From: the human T2T-CHM13v2.0 reference genome, Homo sapiens
Reading direction: 5' to 3' (one strand)
NCBI RefSeq assembly: GCF_009914755.1
Contig: NC_060930.1
Length of the DNA: 64,000 nucleotides
How positions within the stretch are numbered: position 1 is the first letter of the stretch; every line of letters begins with the position of its first letter. Below, piece after piece: positions 14,901 to 27,128 of the stretch. The notes beneath the pieces were generated by a model, which saw only the letters and a program-made list of their open reading frames with translations, had not been told where the DNA came from and made no database searches. A program made the translations under genes and the position numbers.

Positions 14901-15782
14901 TGAGGTGTACTGCCTCCCTATTTAGGGAGCTAGTCCTTTAAGGAGAGAGGACTAAGGGATGATGATTTTGGCTGGCTGTTTTTCTTTTTTTCTCCCCTTT
15001 GCCATAATAGGCCATCAGCAAATTTTCTATTAAATGGAATGAGACACATCACATTTAAACAGATATATTAGGAGTGTAGTTCATCTATGAGAATTCCAGG
15101 ACAATAAAAGCACCTCAAAAAAAGCAGCGTGTTAAGCCAATTCAATAACCCCCATTTCTAGCAAAGTATATCCAACCACGACTAATAGTCATGGCAATGC
15201 CATTACTGTTGACTAAAGAGAGTGGTAGAATCAACCGTCTTTAAAAAATTTTAAATTTACGGTAAAGTCACATCTAAAATAAAGCTTAAAAAGAGTCATG
15301 CTGAAATATGGAGAGGTGGGCTGCAGAGTGGTCTCGAGTACCTGACAAAGAGATGACCTCACATGAGAAGTACAGTTTAAATATAAATTACCAAGAATAT
15401 TCTTTTCTACAATTTCCATATTCACCTGCAATGTGATATGCTGTCATCTGATAATACCCACATTTTCAAGCCACAATTTTCAACATTTTGTTAAGAATCA
15501 AAATACAAATCAATAAATTGAGATCACAAACGAGTTTCAACAGCCAATAATTGTATTATAATCCTATCTTTTCTAGAGATAAAATCATTTATGTTTATTT
15601 TATATTTTAGTCATTTTAGAGATTATTTACCTTATTTTATAATTTTAGAAGCAAATAATTTTTACATGGTTAAAATTTAAATTTTAAATGTAATAAATAT
15701 TTTTAAATTTAGTCATTCTTATCAAACTACTGATATATTTTCTTTGCTTAGTCTTATAGTTATTATAAGTATGAAATGTATG

Positions 15783-16925
15783 CAGTAGTCTTCCCTCATC
15801 TGAGGGGAAAACATTGCAAAATCCCCAGTGGATGGCAGAAACTACAAACTCTACACATACTATGCTTCTTCCTATACATGCATTAAAGCTTAATTTATAA
15901 ATTAGGAGATTTCCAAATACTTTCTTGTAAGAGCTTAATAACAATAACTAATAATAAAGCAAAACAATTATAACAATATGCTGTAATTAAAGTTACGTGA
16001 ATGTGGTCTCTCTCTCTCTCAAAATATCTTATCATACTGTACTCACCCTTCCTGTGATGCGAGATGATACAATCCCTACATAATGAGATGGAGCATAATG
16101 AATAACGTAGGTATTGTGACATAGTATTAGGCTACTACTGATCAGAATCTATATTCCTGAATCTCTGCAACTATTCCCCACTTGCAGTAAATGGCTTGGT
16201 GTCACTCATTTCAGGCAATCCCTTGTTGAAGTCTTTGTATAGGCTCAATGCTTTCTAGTGCGGCACGTTGCTGTCAATCGGAAAACGTTTCTGTTCATGT
16301 CTTCTACCCACAGATTTAATGCCTTTTCCATTTCAACTAAGCACTTATCATGCACTGTGGCCATAACTTTTGCAGTCTGAAGTGAGACAGCAAAATTGGC
16401 ATGAATTTCTTTTTCCTTCTTCACAATTTCACAGAGAGAAGATTCATTCTTAGCATAGGTCTTAACAACCTTATCATTTTTTTTTTATGAAGTTGAGAGC
16501 TTTCTCCTTTTCACTTACAGAAGCACTTGATGGCTTCTCCCGGGCATATCTGAATTGCTAGCTAGCATCATTACTCTTGTGCTTTGGGGTGCATTGTTAA
16601 AGAAAATAAGGGTGACTTCAACACAAGAACTCTGATACCATGACAATCTGATAACTGCAAGAGTAAGTCTAATAACTGAGATGGCTACTAAGTGACTAAC
16701 GGATGGGCAGCGTTTCCAGTGTGAATATGCTGGACAAAGGAATGATTCACGTCCCAGCTGGAATGAAGCAGGACAGTGCAAGATTTCATCAAGCTACTCA
16801 AAATGGCATGCAACTTAAAATTTATGAATTGTTTATTTCTGGAATCTTCCATTTAATATTTTCAGATCACAGTTGACCATGGGCAACTTAACCCATGGAA
16901 CCACAGATAAGTGGGTCTAGGCACT
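15783..16925. mobile_element. Tigger7/MER44 DNA transposon deletion derivative
   Basis: Starts cagtagtcttccctcatctgagggg...ccccagtggatg and ends gttgaccatgggcaact...ccacagataagtggg (degenerate TIR). Confidence 0.75.
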
Positions 16926-19608
16926 ATCAACATTTAAACTGCAAATACAAACAAATTCTTTGTGCGAATTAGACACCAGAAAATGAAACTGACTTCTCAC
17001 AATTCAACTGTGATCGATATTCTTAAAACTCACTGCAAATGACACACCACACAATATGATATAAAATCAATCTTCTCATTTCTGTGAAAGTACTTTTTGT
17101 TTGCAGAAGAAAAGGACTGAGGCTTTTTGATACAGTGATTTATGGAACATAAAATGAAAAATAAGGAGAAGCTCTTAACTGATGGCTTTTCAAAACATAG
17201 GAGTCTTTGATTTTATGGAAAGAATATACACTTTTCTTAAATTATTAGAAATCCTCTCTACTAGAAAAAAGAGCATGGAAATCAGACAACTTAAGGCAAG
17301 TCCTAGATTTATGAATTCTACATCATTAAAATTTTGTTGAAATCTTGAATAAGTTGCAAATGAAAACTGGTTTTGAAAGGCTGCCTTAAAACCACTTACA
17401 TATTACTAAATATTTTGAATTTATTTTTTCAGTAGAGTTTTCTTTATTTTTTGAATAATATCCTATTTTAGTTAATTTTCAAGGAAAATGTTTCATAATA
17501 CTTAATAAACTTTAAAATATTTTAAGGTTTAGCAAGATAAGGAATCTATCCTATAAGTGGTATTCTCACATAATAATAGGATTTTAAATTCTAGCCACCA
17601 AACCTCTGTCCCCTGTAACAACAAAAGTTTGTATGAGCACTCCCTTATGACCTACTGTCCTTCCCTCAAATCCCTTTTGCTCAAGGTAAATAACTTTTGT
17701 TGTCTAGAAGACCTCCAAACATTGCAAAAAATGCTCCAATGCCTTTCATGTTAATGCAAATGTCTAGTGAAGACAGCTATGTATTCCCAAAAGTACTTAA
17801 TTCTAAGTTCATGTGTCTGAGAATTACTTGATACGCTTCTTATAGGAAAGTTTATCTGAGTATCATTTAATATGCTTCATATAGGAAAGTTAGTGAAGAA
17901 AGATGAGGTACCAAGCAAATATCCTACATAGAGGGTTGAAACATACACTGACCTCCCTGAAACATACATAATTATTTTATTTCATTCAACTCAATTATTA
18001 GCATTAACAATGGCAAGAATAAAAATGCATTCACAGTAAGTGGTTAAGAAATTTACAATTAATGTTTGCCAGAAAGTGGATAAAGGACCGGTTGTTTGAA
18101 ACATTTGTTTCTATTTCTGAATCTACAGTTTTACATTTGCCTCTTAAGCCTGGTTCCAGTTAAATTTACTGCAAATGACATACAGTACATATAAATGAAA
18201 CATTCTCTTTCCTGAGGAATACTTTTCATTGGTACAAGGGAAGGACTTGGGCATGGTATTAATTATACAAAATTAGAATTTGCATTCCCCTTTTCCATAC
18301 ACAAAGTAGAAAATAACTTATTGCACAGAGGTAAATGATTCACCTGCAGTCACAGTCTCCTGTTTGCAAAAATAACCTATAAATATTTAGGACTACATAT
18401 TAACTCAATAACATTCCCTAAAGCCACTCCCTTTGCCTCTGTATGTAGTTATGAATCATTTTGTAAACCAAAGGCAGAACTGTAAACAAAAATATTTGTA
18501 AACAAAAGAAAACTAGGGAAATATATTAGAAATTAACAAATTTTAGCCACGAATAAACTTATAGAATGTGCTCAGTGTTTCTATCTCTGCTAAAATGTCT
18601 TGAGGTTGATAGGAAAAGTGTTATGGCTGTCCATCTTTTACAGATGAGAAAACCTAAGGCTACAGCATTACCCCAGAGTGACTTACCTGAGAGCACATAG
18701 TTTAATTAAAGGGTGGACTTATGATTCTCAAACCCATGTATTTCCCTCTAGATTCCAGAGTCTGGCAATTCATTCCTTATCCACATCGCTTCATTACATA
18801 GTCTGGGAACTGACAGAAAGGCAGCAACATCTGGCCTTCTGAATGTTTACAGTATTCTGTATGCACTATTTAATTCTATCTTATTCTTTCTTGTGTCTTG
18901 GCCATGTCTCCCCAATCTCACTGTAAGTTCTTTGAGAGCATGGATCATACCTTTGGCCTCTGTGGAATTAACAATTACTAGCACGGAGCCAAGGACTTGT
19001 AACTTTTTAAAAATATTTGTTCATTCGCTAAGTAGATGCAAAAGTTCTGGGAGGCCCATTCCAGAAGGGTGGAAAATAATTGTATTGCACAGGCAAATTG
19101 GGTTTATTTACTACCCAATTCTGTATTTCTTTATTTCTGTAGAAATTCACTAATTTTCTTTTTTCTATTTTCAAAAAATTATTATAACTGTTTTTTTATG
19201 ACAATATCCAGTGTTTTCAATGAAGCAGATGTTCTCAAACACTATTGGTGAGGAATGTAACCTTCATGGGTATAATTTATCAATACGTAAACATACTATT
19301 TTAAATTGCAATTCCAGTAATTCCAATTGTAGAAATGTTGCCTAAAATAATAATTAGCGGTGTTCATGTGCATACCAAAACTTGTACCTTTGACATGTAA
19401 AATTAGGAGATAACCAAAATATTAGATATAATCCAAGCTTTCAGACTCTTGAAAAAGTATGCAGGTCAGCCAAGCCAGTTCTTTTTTCTCTAAAAAACTT
19501 TCAAATAATTGAAAAACATTTCTATACTTTTACTGTTTTCATTATATTAACATCAATTTATTTTTCCACTCATGAAAATTAATTTTAGCCTATGAATGAG
19601 TCACATAC

Positions 19609-19692
19609 CTTTATTACATGATGCTTTTCTTGGAACACAGGAATCTTAAACATTTGGCACCAATATGTTGTATCTTTGTTTGGGATGGGGAC
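19609..19692 (-). CDS. MOXD1: MOXD1 coding exon 4 (aa 194-221, start of Cu type II monooxygenase N-terminal domain)
   Basis: Too short for the ORF track. Acceptor TAAGACAG|GTC, donor AAG|GTATGT; 84 nt. VPIPNKDTTYWCQMFKIPVFQEKHHVIK matches the DBH/PHM-family IP..ETTYWC...KHH motif. Confidence 0.95.
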
Positions 19693-19830
19693 CTGTCTTA
19701 ATAAAAAGGGGAGGAAGACACAAAGTCACCTTCTCTTAACATGCTCCTGAATACAATAATGTAAGCAAAAATGCTCGTATACACTTTCAATAAGCCCATC
19801 CCTACAATCATAAAACCTGAAAACACTTAC

Positions 19831-19998
19831 GTCCTGATTTACCAGATCAAAGTATGGTAAGGCTGTAGATAGCACACTAGTTTTCTCAGGATTCAATAAC
19901 CGCAAACTCTTGGTGCCCCTATTGGAGTCATGGTACTTGGGACCAGCTTCTCCTGCATCTTCATGGTGGTAGGCCCAGATCACTCTCACAGTGCTATC
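19831..19998 (-). CDS. MOXD1: MOXD1 coding exon 3 (aa 138-193, end of DOMON plus linker)
   Basis: Acceptor GATCCCCAG|GAT, donor GAC|GTAAGT; 168 nt. Encodes DSTVRVIWAYHHEDAGEAGPKYHDSNRGTKSLRLLNPEKTSVLSTALPYFDLVNQD. Confidence 0.96.
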
Positions 19999-21631
19999 CT
20001 GGGGATCAGACATGGGCATGATTAGGTCTCATGAGAGCACTTTCCTTACCACTGAGTTGAGTTTAAAGAACTCTATTGTAAACAAGATATAGAAGTGAAG
20101 AAAAGACAATAATGACATTTGGAGTTATCAACATGGTCTCTAATATTAATTGCACAAATTTGATTAAGTCATTAAGGATCCAAATATATGAGTTACTTTT
20201 TGGAAGGAATCATCTCTCAGCATGCAAGATTATGTGTTCCAAAACATACTGAAGGACAATTGACTCAGTAATTACACTTTGAAGTATATGACAACAATAA
20301 ATCATTGTCACGCCAAAACTTTAACCTTGCAACTGGTAGCTTCTAAACAAATATTCTTGTTCAGCAGCAGAGACTTTGGAAAATTAAATGCCATGGAAGA
20401 TTTTAGGGAAAAATTAATACAATAAAAATTAAAATTACCTAATACTTTTCCTTTTACAGTAGATGTTTTCCTAGGCACTAGCCTAGTCACACGTATACAT
20501 TTACAGAAAATATAAATATAGAAGGATTTCTGATTCTGAGTTTTTAAATCATACTACAGTTAATCTACAGTCATTTTATGAATCCTGGGAATTTCCTAGG
20601 GACTGGTTTACCACAACTATGGAAAGTACTGTCAGATGAAATCGGTTTCCATTGAGCAACCAGGAGAGATTGCCCAAAGGGCTATGGGTTGGGGAGGGTT
20701 TGCTGGGGTGTAAAGAAATTGTTCAATCCTCTCACAGATAAAGGTGTTTTTGCCAGATCTTTGTAATAAGAACTTTGAAAATAAATAATAACGCAAAAGT
20801 ATTTTAAATGTTCTCTTTGCTATATTCTTTCTTAATAAGTCAAATGACTATAATTATTATTCCAATTAAAGTATAATTGCACTGTATATTGCATTAAAAA
20901 GTAATCCCTCTCTTTGCATGCATTTTTTCTGCCTCGTTCACTCTTTATGCTGAATGTTAATCAGAACTGCTTCATATTTTTTACATTCCCATTTTTGAAG
21001 CTTTGATTTACAAAATAAAAAGGTAATCGTATTGGTCTACACAAAATAAAATTAATCCAAACAATTCATGGAAATTTCTGAAGTATTACATATCTTCTAA
21101 ATATTTAATTTGAATGCACATAAAGATATTAATTTTTGCATGAAGTCTGAAAATAAGAAATCTCATTTAATATACCAATAGGCAATTATAATCAGCCACC
21201 TATTCATCTTGATTTTAGAAATTTACAAAGATGAGTCCATTACAAATCAGATGAATTATATCCTAATATTCAGATTCATAATTCTTTCTTGTGTAATACA
21301 TTTCTTCAAACATTTATCTGTTGTGTATTTTCAAACTTTATGGAGAAGAAAGTAAAATGTATTTATGGCTAAATCATACAAATTTTAAAGGGATCTTCAA
21401 AATGTTAAACTCACACAAAAATGGATTTTATTGAAATTTTTGGTCTTACACATTTTTGGCTTCTAAAAAAGTAAAAAAGAAAAAACTAAAAAAAAAACTA
21501 AAAAAAATCAAAAAAGATTTCAAAAATATTAGAAAAAAGACTATATGACTTGTTTCTCTTATTCTTTAAAGTGCTTCACAAGTGTAAATATACAATTTGT
21601 TCATGCATGCATTCACTCATAGATGCCTTAC

Positions 21632-21778
21632 CGTTATACTCTTGTCATTTATGTCACATGTATGCAGCTCTCTGGTAAATTCAATTATTGTGTGTGTGCT
21701 ATTTTCCATGGCATATTCTAGATGGTAATCTTGCTGAGCATCTTTTTTCAACTCTCTATTTGCATTTGTAAAATAATC
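21632..21778 (-). CDS. MOXD1: MOXD1 coding exon 2 (aa 89-137, DOMON)
   Basis: Acceptor TTTTCCACAG|GAT, donor ACG|GTAAGG; 147 nt. DYFTNANRELKKDAQQDYHLEYAMENSTHTIIEFTRELHTCDINDKSIT has the DBH-family D.QQDY.L and F.R.L.TCD..D motifs and an N114 sequon (NST). Confidence 0.96.
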
Positions 21779-22439
21779 CTGTGGAAAATATGGAAAAGAA
21801 AAATCAGGATACCTAAATACAGAGAGAAAAGAATTCATAGGACCTTTAAAGACAAAGTCTTGTTGTCTAGAGTTATTTTATAAATCCCGGGAATTTCCAA
21901 GGGGCTGGAGTATTCCAACTGGGGAATCAGGTCCCTGGGAAACTAGTCCATCTTTGAACTTCTGGCCTTTCAGGAAAGCATAGTGTAGACTGATAATATC
22001 GTAGAGCATCAAGAGATGGAATGAATGAACATTTGATACCATTGTGTGCCTTTCCTTCCTTGGAAAAATTAAAAGAGGGACTATAGCACTATGAAATGTC
22101 TTACCGCAAAGTTTGCATTTATACAAAAAAAGTTTGATAACTAGTTAGCAGCAAAGCCAGAATCAGCCCTAAGGTCATCACTCTTTCCATTACAACTCCT
22201 GGTGGAGCCCCACTTCACCATTCATAAAAGCAAAGAGATCCGTGGGCAAGTGCGGATTATAGGTTGTTTCAATATGACTTTTAATGGCATATCCTTATTA
22301 AAATAAAATGCAATGGGAAATATGCAAAGAAACAAAACTAGTTGAATTACACGATATTGAAAAACTAGGGAAGTTTTGTTTTGGGGGATTAGCCATAATT
22401 TTTGTACTAAATTTGTTCAACGGTGTACCTATCACTTCT

Positions 22440-22720
22440 TTTTGAGACGGAATCTGGCTCTGTCGCCCAGGCTGGAGTGCAATGGCATGACCTCTGCTCA
22501 CTACAAGCTCCACCTCCCAGGGTTCACGCCATTCTCCTGCCTCAGCCTCCCGAGTACCTGGGACCACAGGTGCCCACCACCACGCCTGGCTAATGCATTT
22601 TTAGTAGAGATGGGGTTTCACCATGTTAGCCAGGATGGTCTCGATCTCCTGACCTCGTGATCTGCCCATCTCGGCCTCCCAAAGTGCTGGGATTACAGGT
22701 GTGAGCCACCGCGCCCAGCC
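22440..22720 (-). mobile_element. AluY/Sc-type element with very short tail
   Basis: Alu body; 17-bp TSD GTGTACCTATCACTTCT at 22423-22439 and 22722-22738; about 5 T of tail. Confidence 0.92.
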
Positions 22721-23413
22721 AGTGTACCTATCACTTCTGGGAGGCAGACCAGTGCAGTGGAGAGAACATGGGCTTTGGAAGAAAATGACTAGGATGTGAC
22801 TCCCAGCTGTACTCCTAAACAGCCTTGAAGAATTGTTGAAGTAAAACTCTGAAAGCTTAAGTTTTAACATTACTAAAATGGGGATAATACATACCTATTT
22901 TATAGATTTTGAAAAATAAACAAATGAGATGGTTTGGGCGGGGTCATAACTGCCTACATGGTTAGCGCCCATTCGATACATATTTTCTTTTTTGCACCAT
23001 AGTTTGGTTTTATCCCCAAAATATCTTCTTATGCCTTTTACCATTCGCCTACTCTGTTGAGTCATCCAAATCAAAGTATTAATTTTTGTCACTTATAAAA
23101 GACACAAAATTTGCCTTAATTACTGCCTTTCTGGTTTTTCAGTACCTGATGATATTTTATTTTTGAGAAGTTGTACAGTTGATTTAGAATATACATGCTG
23201 AAACATAATTATAATTACTTTTGCTAACAGTAAAATTGTATTTGAAGAATTTATAGCTATGTTTGACTGAGAAAATGTAATATATAAGATAAAACCTCCC
23301 ATTGTCTATAAAAGTCATACTCAAATAGATGGCATTTGGCATTTTTATTCCAAGCATCTTTGTATGGTAATTATAAGTGTGCATATGTTTCCCATCCAGG
23401 GTACCACATCTAG

Positions 23414-23814
<401 letters not shown>

Positions 23815-24847
23815 AACTACAGCTTCTTATATGCACCAGGCCCTGTTTACACCTGTTACATGTATTAACTAAACTAATCTTCAAATCACATCTATCAGAT
23901 AAAACTATTTTTCCATTTTACAGATGAAGACATCAAAGAACAAAGAGGCTAAGCGACTTGCCCAGGATTTACAGCTAGTAAACCGAAAGGCAGGATTCAA
24001 ACCTTGGCACTCTGGCCCCAGAGTCTGGATCCTTTTTCACTCTTCTACAGTGTAGTGGCCACTGCTGGGATAGGATGGGTACGCTTATTTTTGTTTATTT
24101 TTTTCTGTCTCCAGAAATTAGCTATGTCAGTTTTTCACATAAAATGTTACTTTTCTTCTGCCAAAGTTGAGGTTTGTCAAAATTCTTATTTTGAGAACTG
24201 GGTTGCAATTGTGAAAGCAATTTAAATGAAATACTCCTGTGAGTCTGTGATTTTCCCATTTTTCATCACATAGATTTTCAATATGTAAATGAAATAACAA
24301 TGTCTGTAGACAATGAGAGATTTAGATCAGTTAACTGTGCCTTTTCACTGAACTCATATTTCATTACATGATCCAAGCAGTTTTTGCAATACAATACAAA
24401 CTGTAATCAGTTCAAAGAGTAGAATAATTATCCGAGTCTTGCAAATATGTTTCCAAAACCATTATTTCCACAAAATATCCAGCTGGTTTGCCAATTTTCC
24501 ACTCATTCTATTTCCACTCAACAATACCAACTCCTTCCAGCTATTCCACCTTTTTCTGGCTTTTCAGATAACTTAGTTATTAGAAAATGAGAGAAACTTC
24601 ACTCAACTTATGTTGATGACCCCTTGCGCCATCTGCCCTATGTAACCAAGTGAGTGCTTAATATTTAGAAAAGACAGCTGCCAATTATTTCAAAGTTCTG
24701 AACTCCCGGAAAAAAGAAGCAGTTGTCTAAAAGAAGCTCATATCTTCAACCTTACTGAAGGAAAATATGGTTGGATCTTATTTGAAATAAAATTTAAATA
24801 TGAACTAACCTAACCACCATGGTAATTCCACTATAATTTTTTTCACA

Positions 24848-25145
24848 GGCTGGGCGCAGTGGCTCATGCCTGTAATCCCAGCAATTTAGGAGGCCAAGGG
24901 GGGTGGATCACCTGAGGTTAGGAGTTTGAGACCAGCCTGGCCAACATGGTGAAACCCCGTCTCTACTAAAAATACAAAAACTAGCCGCGCGTGGTGGCAG
25001 GTGCCTGTAATCCCAACTACACGGGAGGCTGAGCTGAGGCAGGAGAATTGCTTGAACCTGGGAGGCGGAGGTTGCAGTGAACCAAGTTTGCGCCATTGCA
25101 CTCCAGCCTGAGTGACAAGAGAGAAACTCCATCTCAAAAAAAAAA
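24848..25145 (+). mobile_element. AluS (Sq/Sx-like)
   Basis: Full dimer with A tail and an internal 5-bp GCTGA duplication. Confidence 0.92.
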
Positions 25146-25509
25146 TTTTTTTTTCATATTTTCCAACTTTGAGGTCCTATTTTGGAGGCAGATCTTCAGA
25201 TTTGACTATAATACACCTTAGCTATCCAAATAATATTATTATTTAACATGTTTACTTCAGCTGGGCCCTCACTAATGGCTGGAAATCCATGTTAATCTCT
25301 TGCTATTTTCTGAAGACACCTCCCAAAACAAATAGTCTAAACCTTCTCTATGCAAGATTCCGAAATTTCCCCACCCTCAGCTTATGATCACACATCTCAG
25401 TTTATTGAGAGAATTTCAGTTATGATGCATGAGAGCTCCCATTTTCATTCTTTCTATCCTAAAAAATATCTACTTTATGGAATCAAAATAAAAATACTGA
25501 TTGTAAAAG

Positions 25510-25872
25510 AAAGCAGAAAAAGATTAAAAAAAGCAAAGATGGAATAAATAGAAAATAGATGTAAATGAAATGGAGAAACATCACAATAGATCCTACAGAC
25601 ACTAAAAGGTTAATAATATTATGCTTACCTTGAAGCCAAATAATTGGATCCTTTAGATGAGAAACAAAGTCCTTACAAGACAAAAACCAGCCAAAGTCAT
25701 TCAGAAAAACAGAGGTACTCTGAATAGCTTTATAATCTACTCATGGGTAAAAACCTTCCTAAGAAAATTCTAGGCCAAGATGCTTTCACTTGGAATTTTA
25801 CCAAATATTTAAGGAAGAGGTAATACCAACTGTTCACAATTTCTTCTGGAAAATGAAAGAGGACAGAACACT

Positions 25873-25920
<48 letters not shown>

Positions 25921-26450
25921 GACAGAGTTTCACTCTTGTTGCCCAGGCTGGAGTGCAATGGCATGATGTCAGCTTGGTGCGATCTCAGTTTACTGCAACC
26001 TCCGCCTCCTGGGTTCCTAATTCCTTTTTTTATACCAGCATTACTTTGTTACCAAAATTAAAGACACTACCAAAAAAACTACACACCATCAACACTCATG
26101 GACCTAGATGGGTATTTCCTTAAAAATAGAAATAGAAATATTTCTTAGCAAATAGAAGCCAGCAACATAAAAAAAGAATAATATAGCATGATCATGCAGA
26201 GTTGTCTTAACATTAGAAAATCAATCAATATGATTTAGCACATCAAAAGTCTAAAAAAGAAAAACCATATGATGAACCCAATAAATGAAGAAAAAAACAG
26301 TTTATAACATTCATTCACTGCAGAATCCCTCAGTAAACTAGCAATAGAAGGGCACTTCTTCAACCCTTTAAAGGGCACCTATAAAAAACCTACAGCTAAC
26401 ATACTTAATGATAAAAGACTGAATTCTTCCCCCTAAGTTTAGGAACAAGT
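25510..26450 (+). mobile_element. Old L1M ORF2 fragment, interrupted by a 5'-truncated minus-strand Alu (25878-26015, about 41-T tail)
   Basis: L1 ORF2-like segments (catcacaatagatcctacagacactaaaagg; aaacctacagctaacatacttaatg) on both sides of an Alu right-arm fragment. Confidence 0.75.
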
Positions 26451-26819
26451 CCGGGAAACAAAGCAAGGCACATTCTCCACGTGGAAAGCCCTACAGGTGA
26501 TTGTCCACCTTGAACAGTTTATTTCTGTTATTCCCTGACTCTATTTTCACCTCCCATTCTCTAACTAAGGACTTCAAAGTTCTGTCCTTAAAATTATATT
26601 TCTGTCTTCATATTTCACCATTTGGGAATCTCATCTGCTCCAATAGTTACAAATTATCACCTTTATTCAGTATCACATATTCAAAAGTATTTTTCACTTG
26701 GAAGTCTTATTGTCATTTCAAATGCAATGGATCCAAAATTGTATTCATATTTTACTTGAGTTCCTGAATTTCTTTAATTACACTACTATTCTCCTAGCTA
26801 TCTAAATTCAAAACTGTAG

Positions 26820-27128
<309 letters not shown>

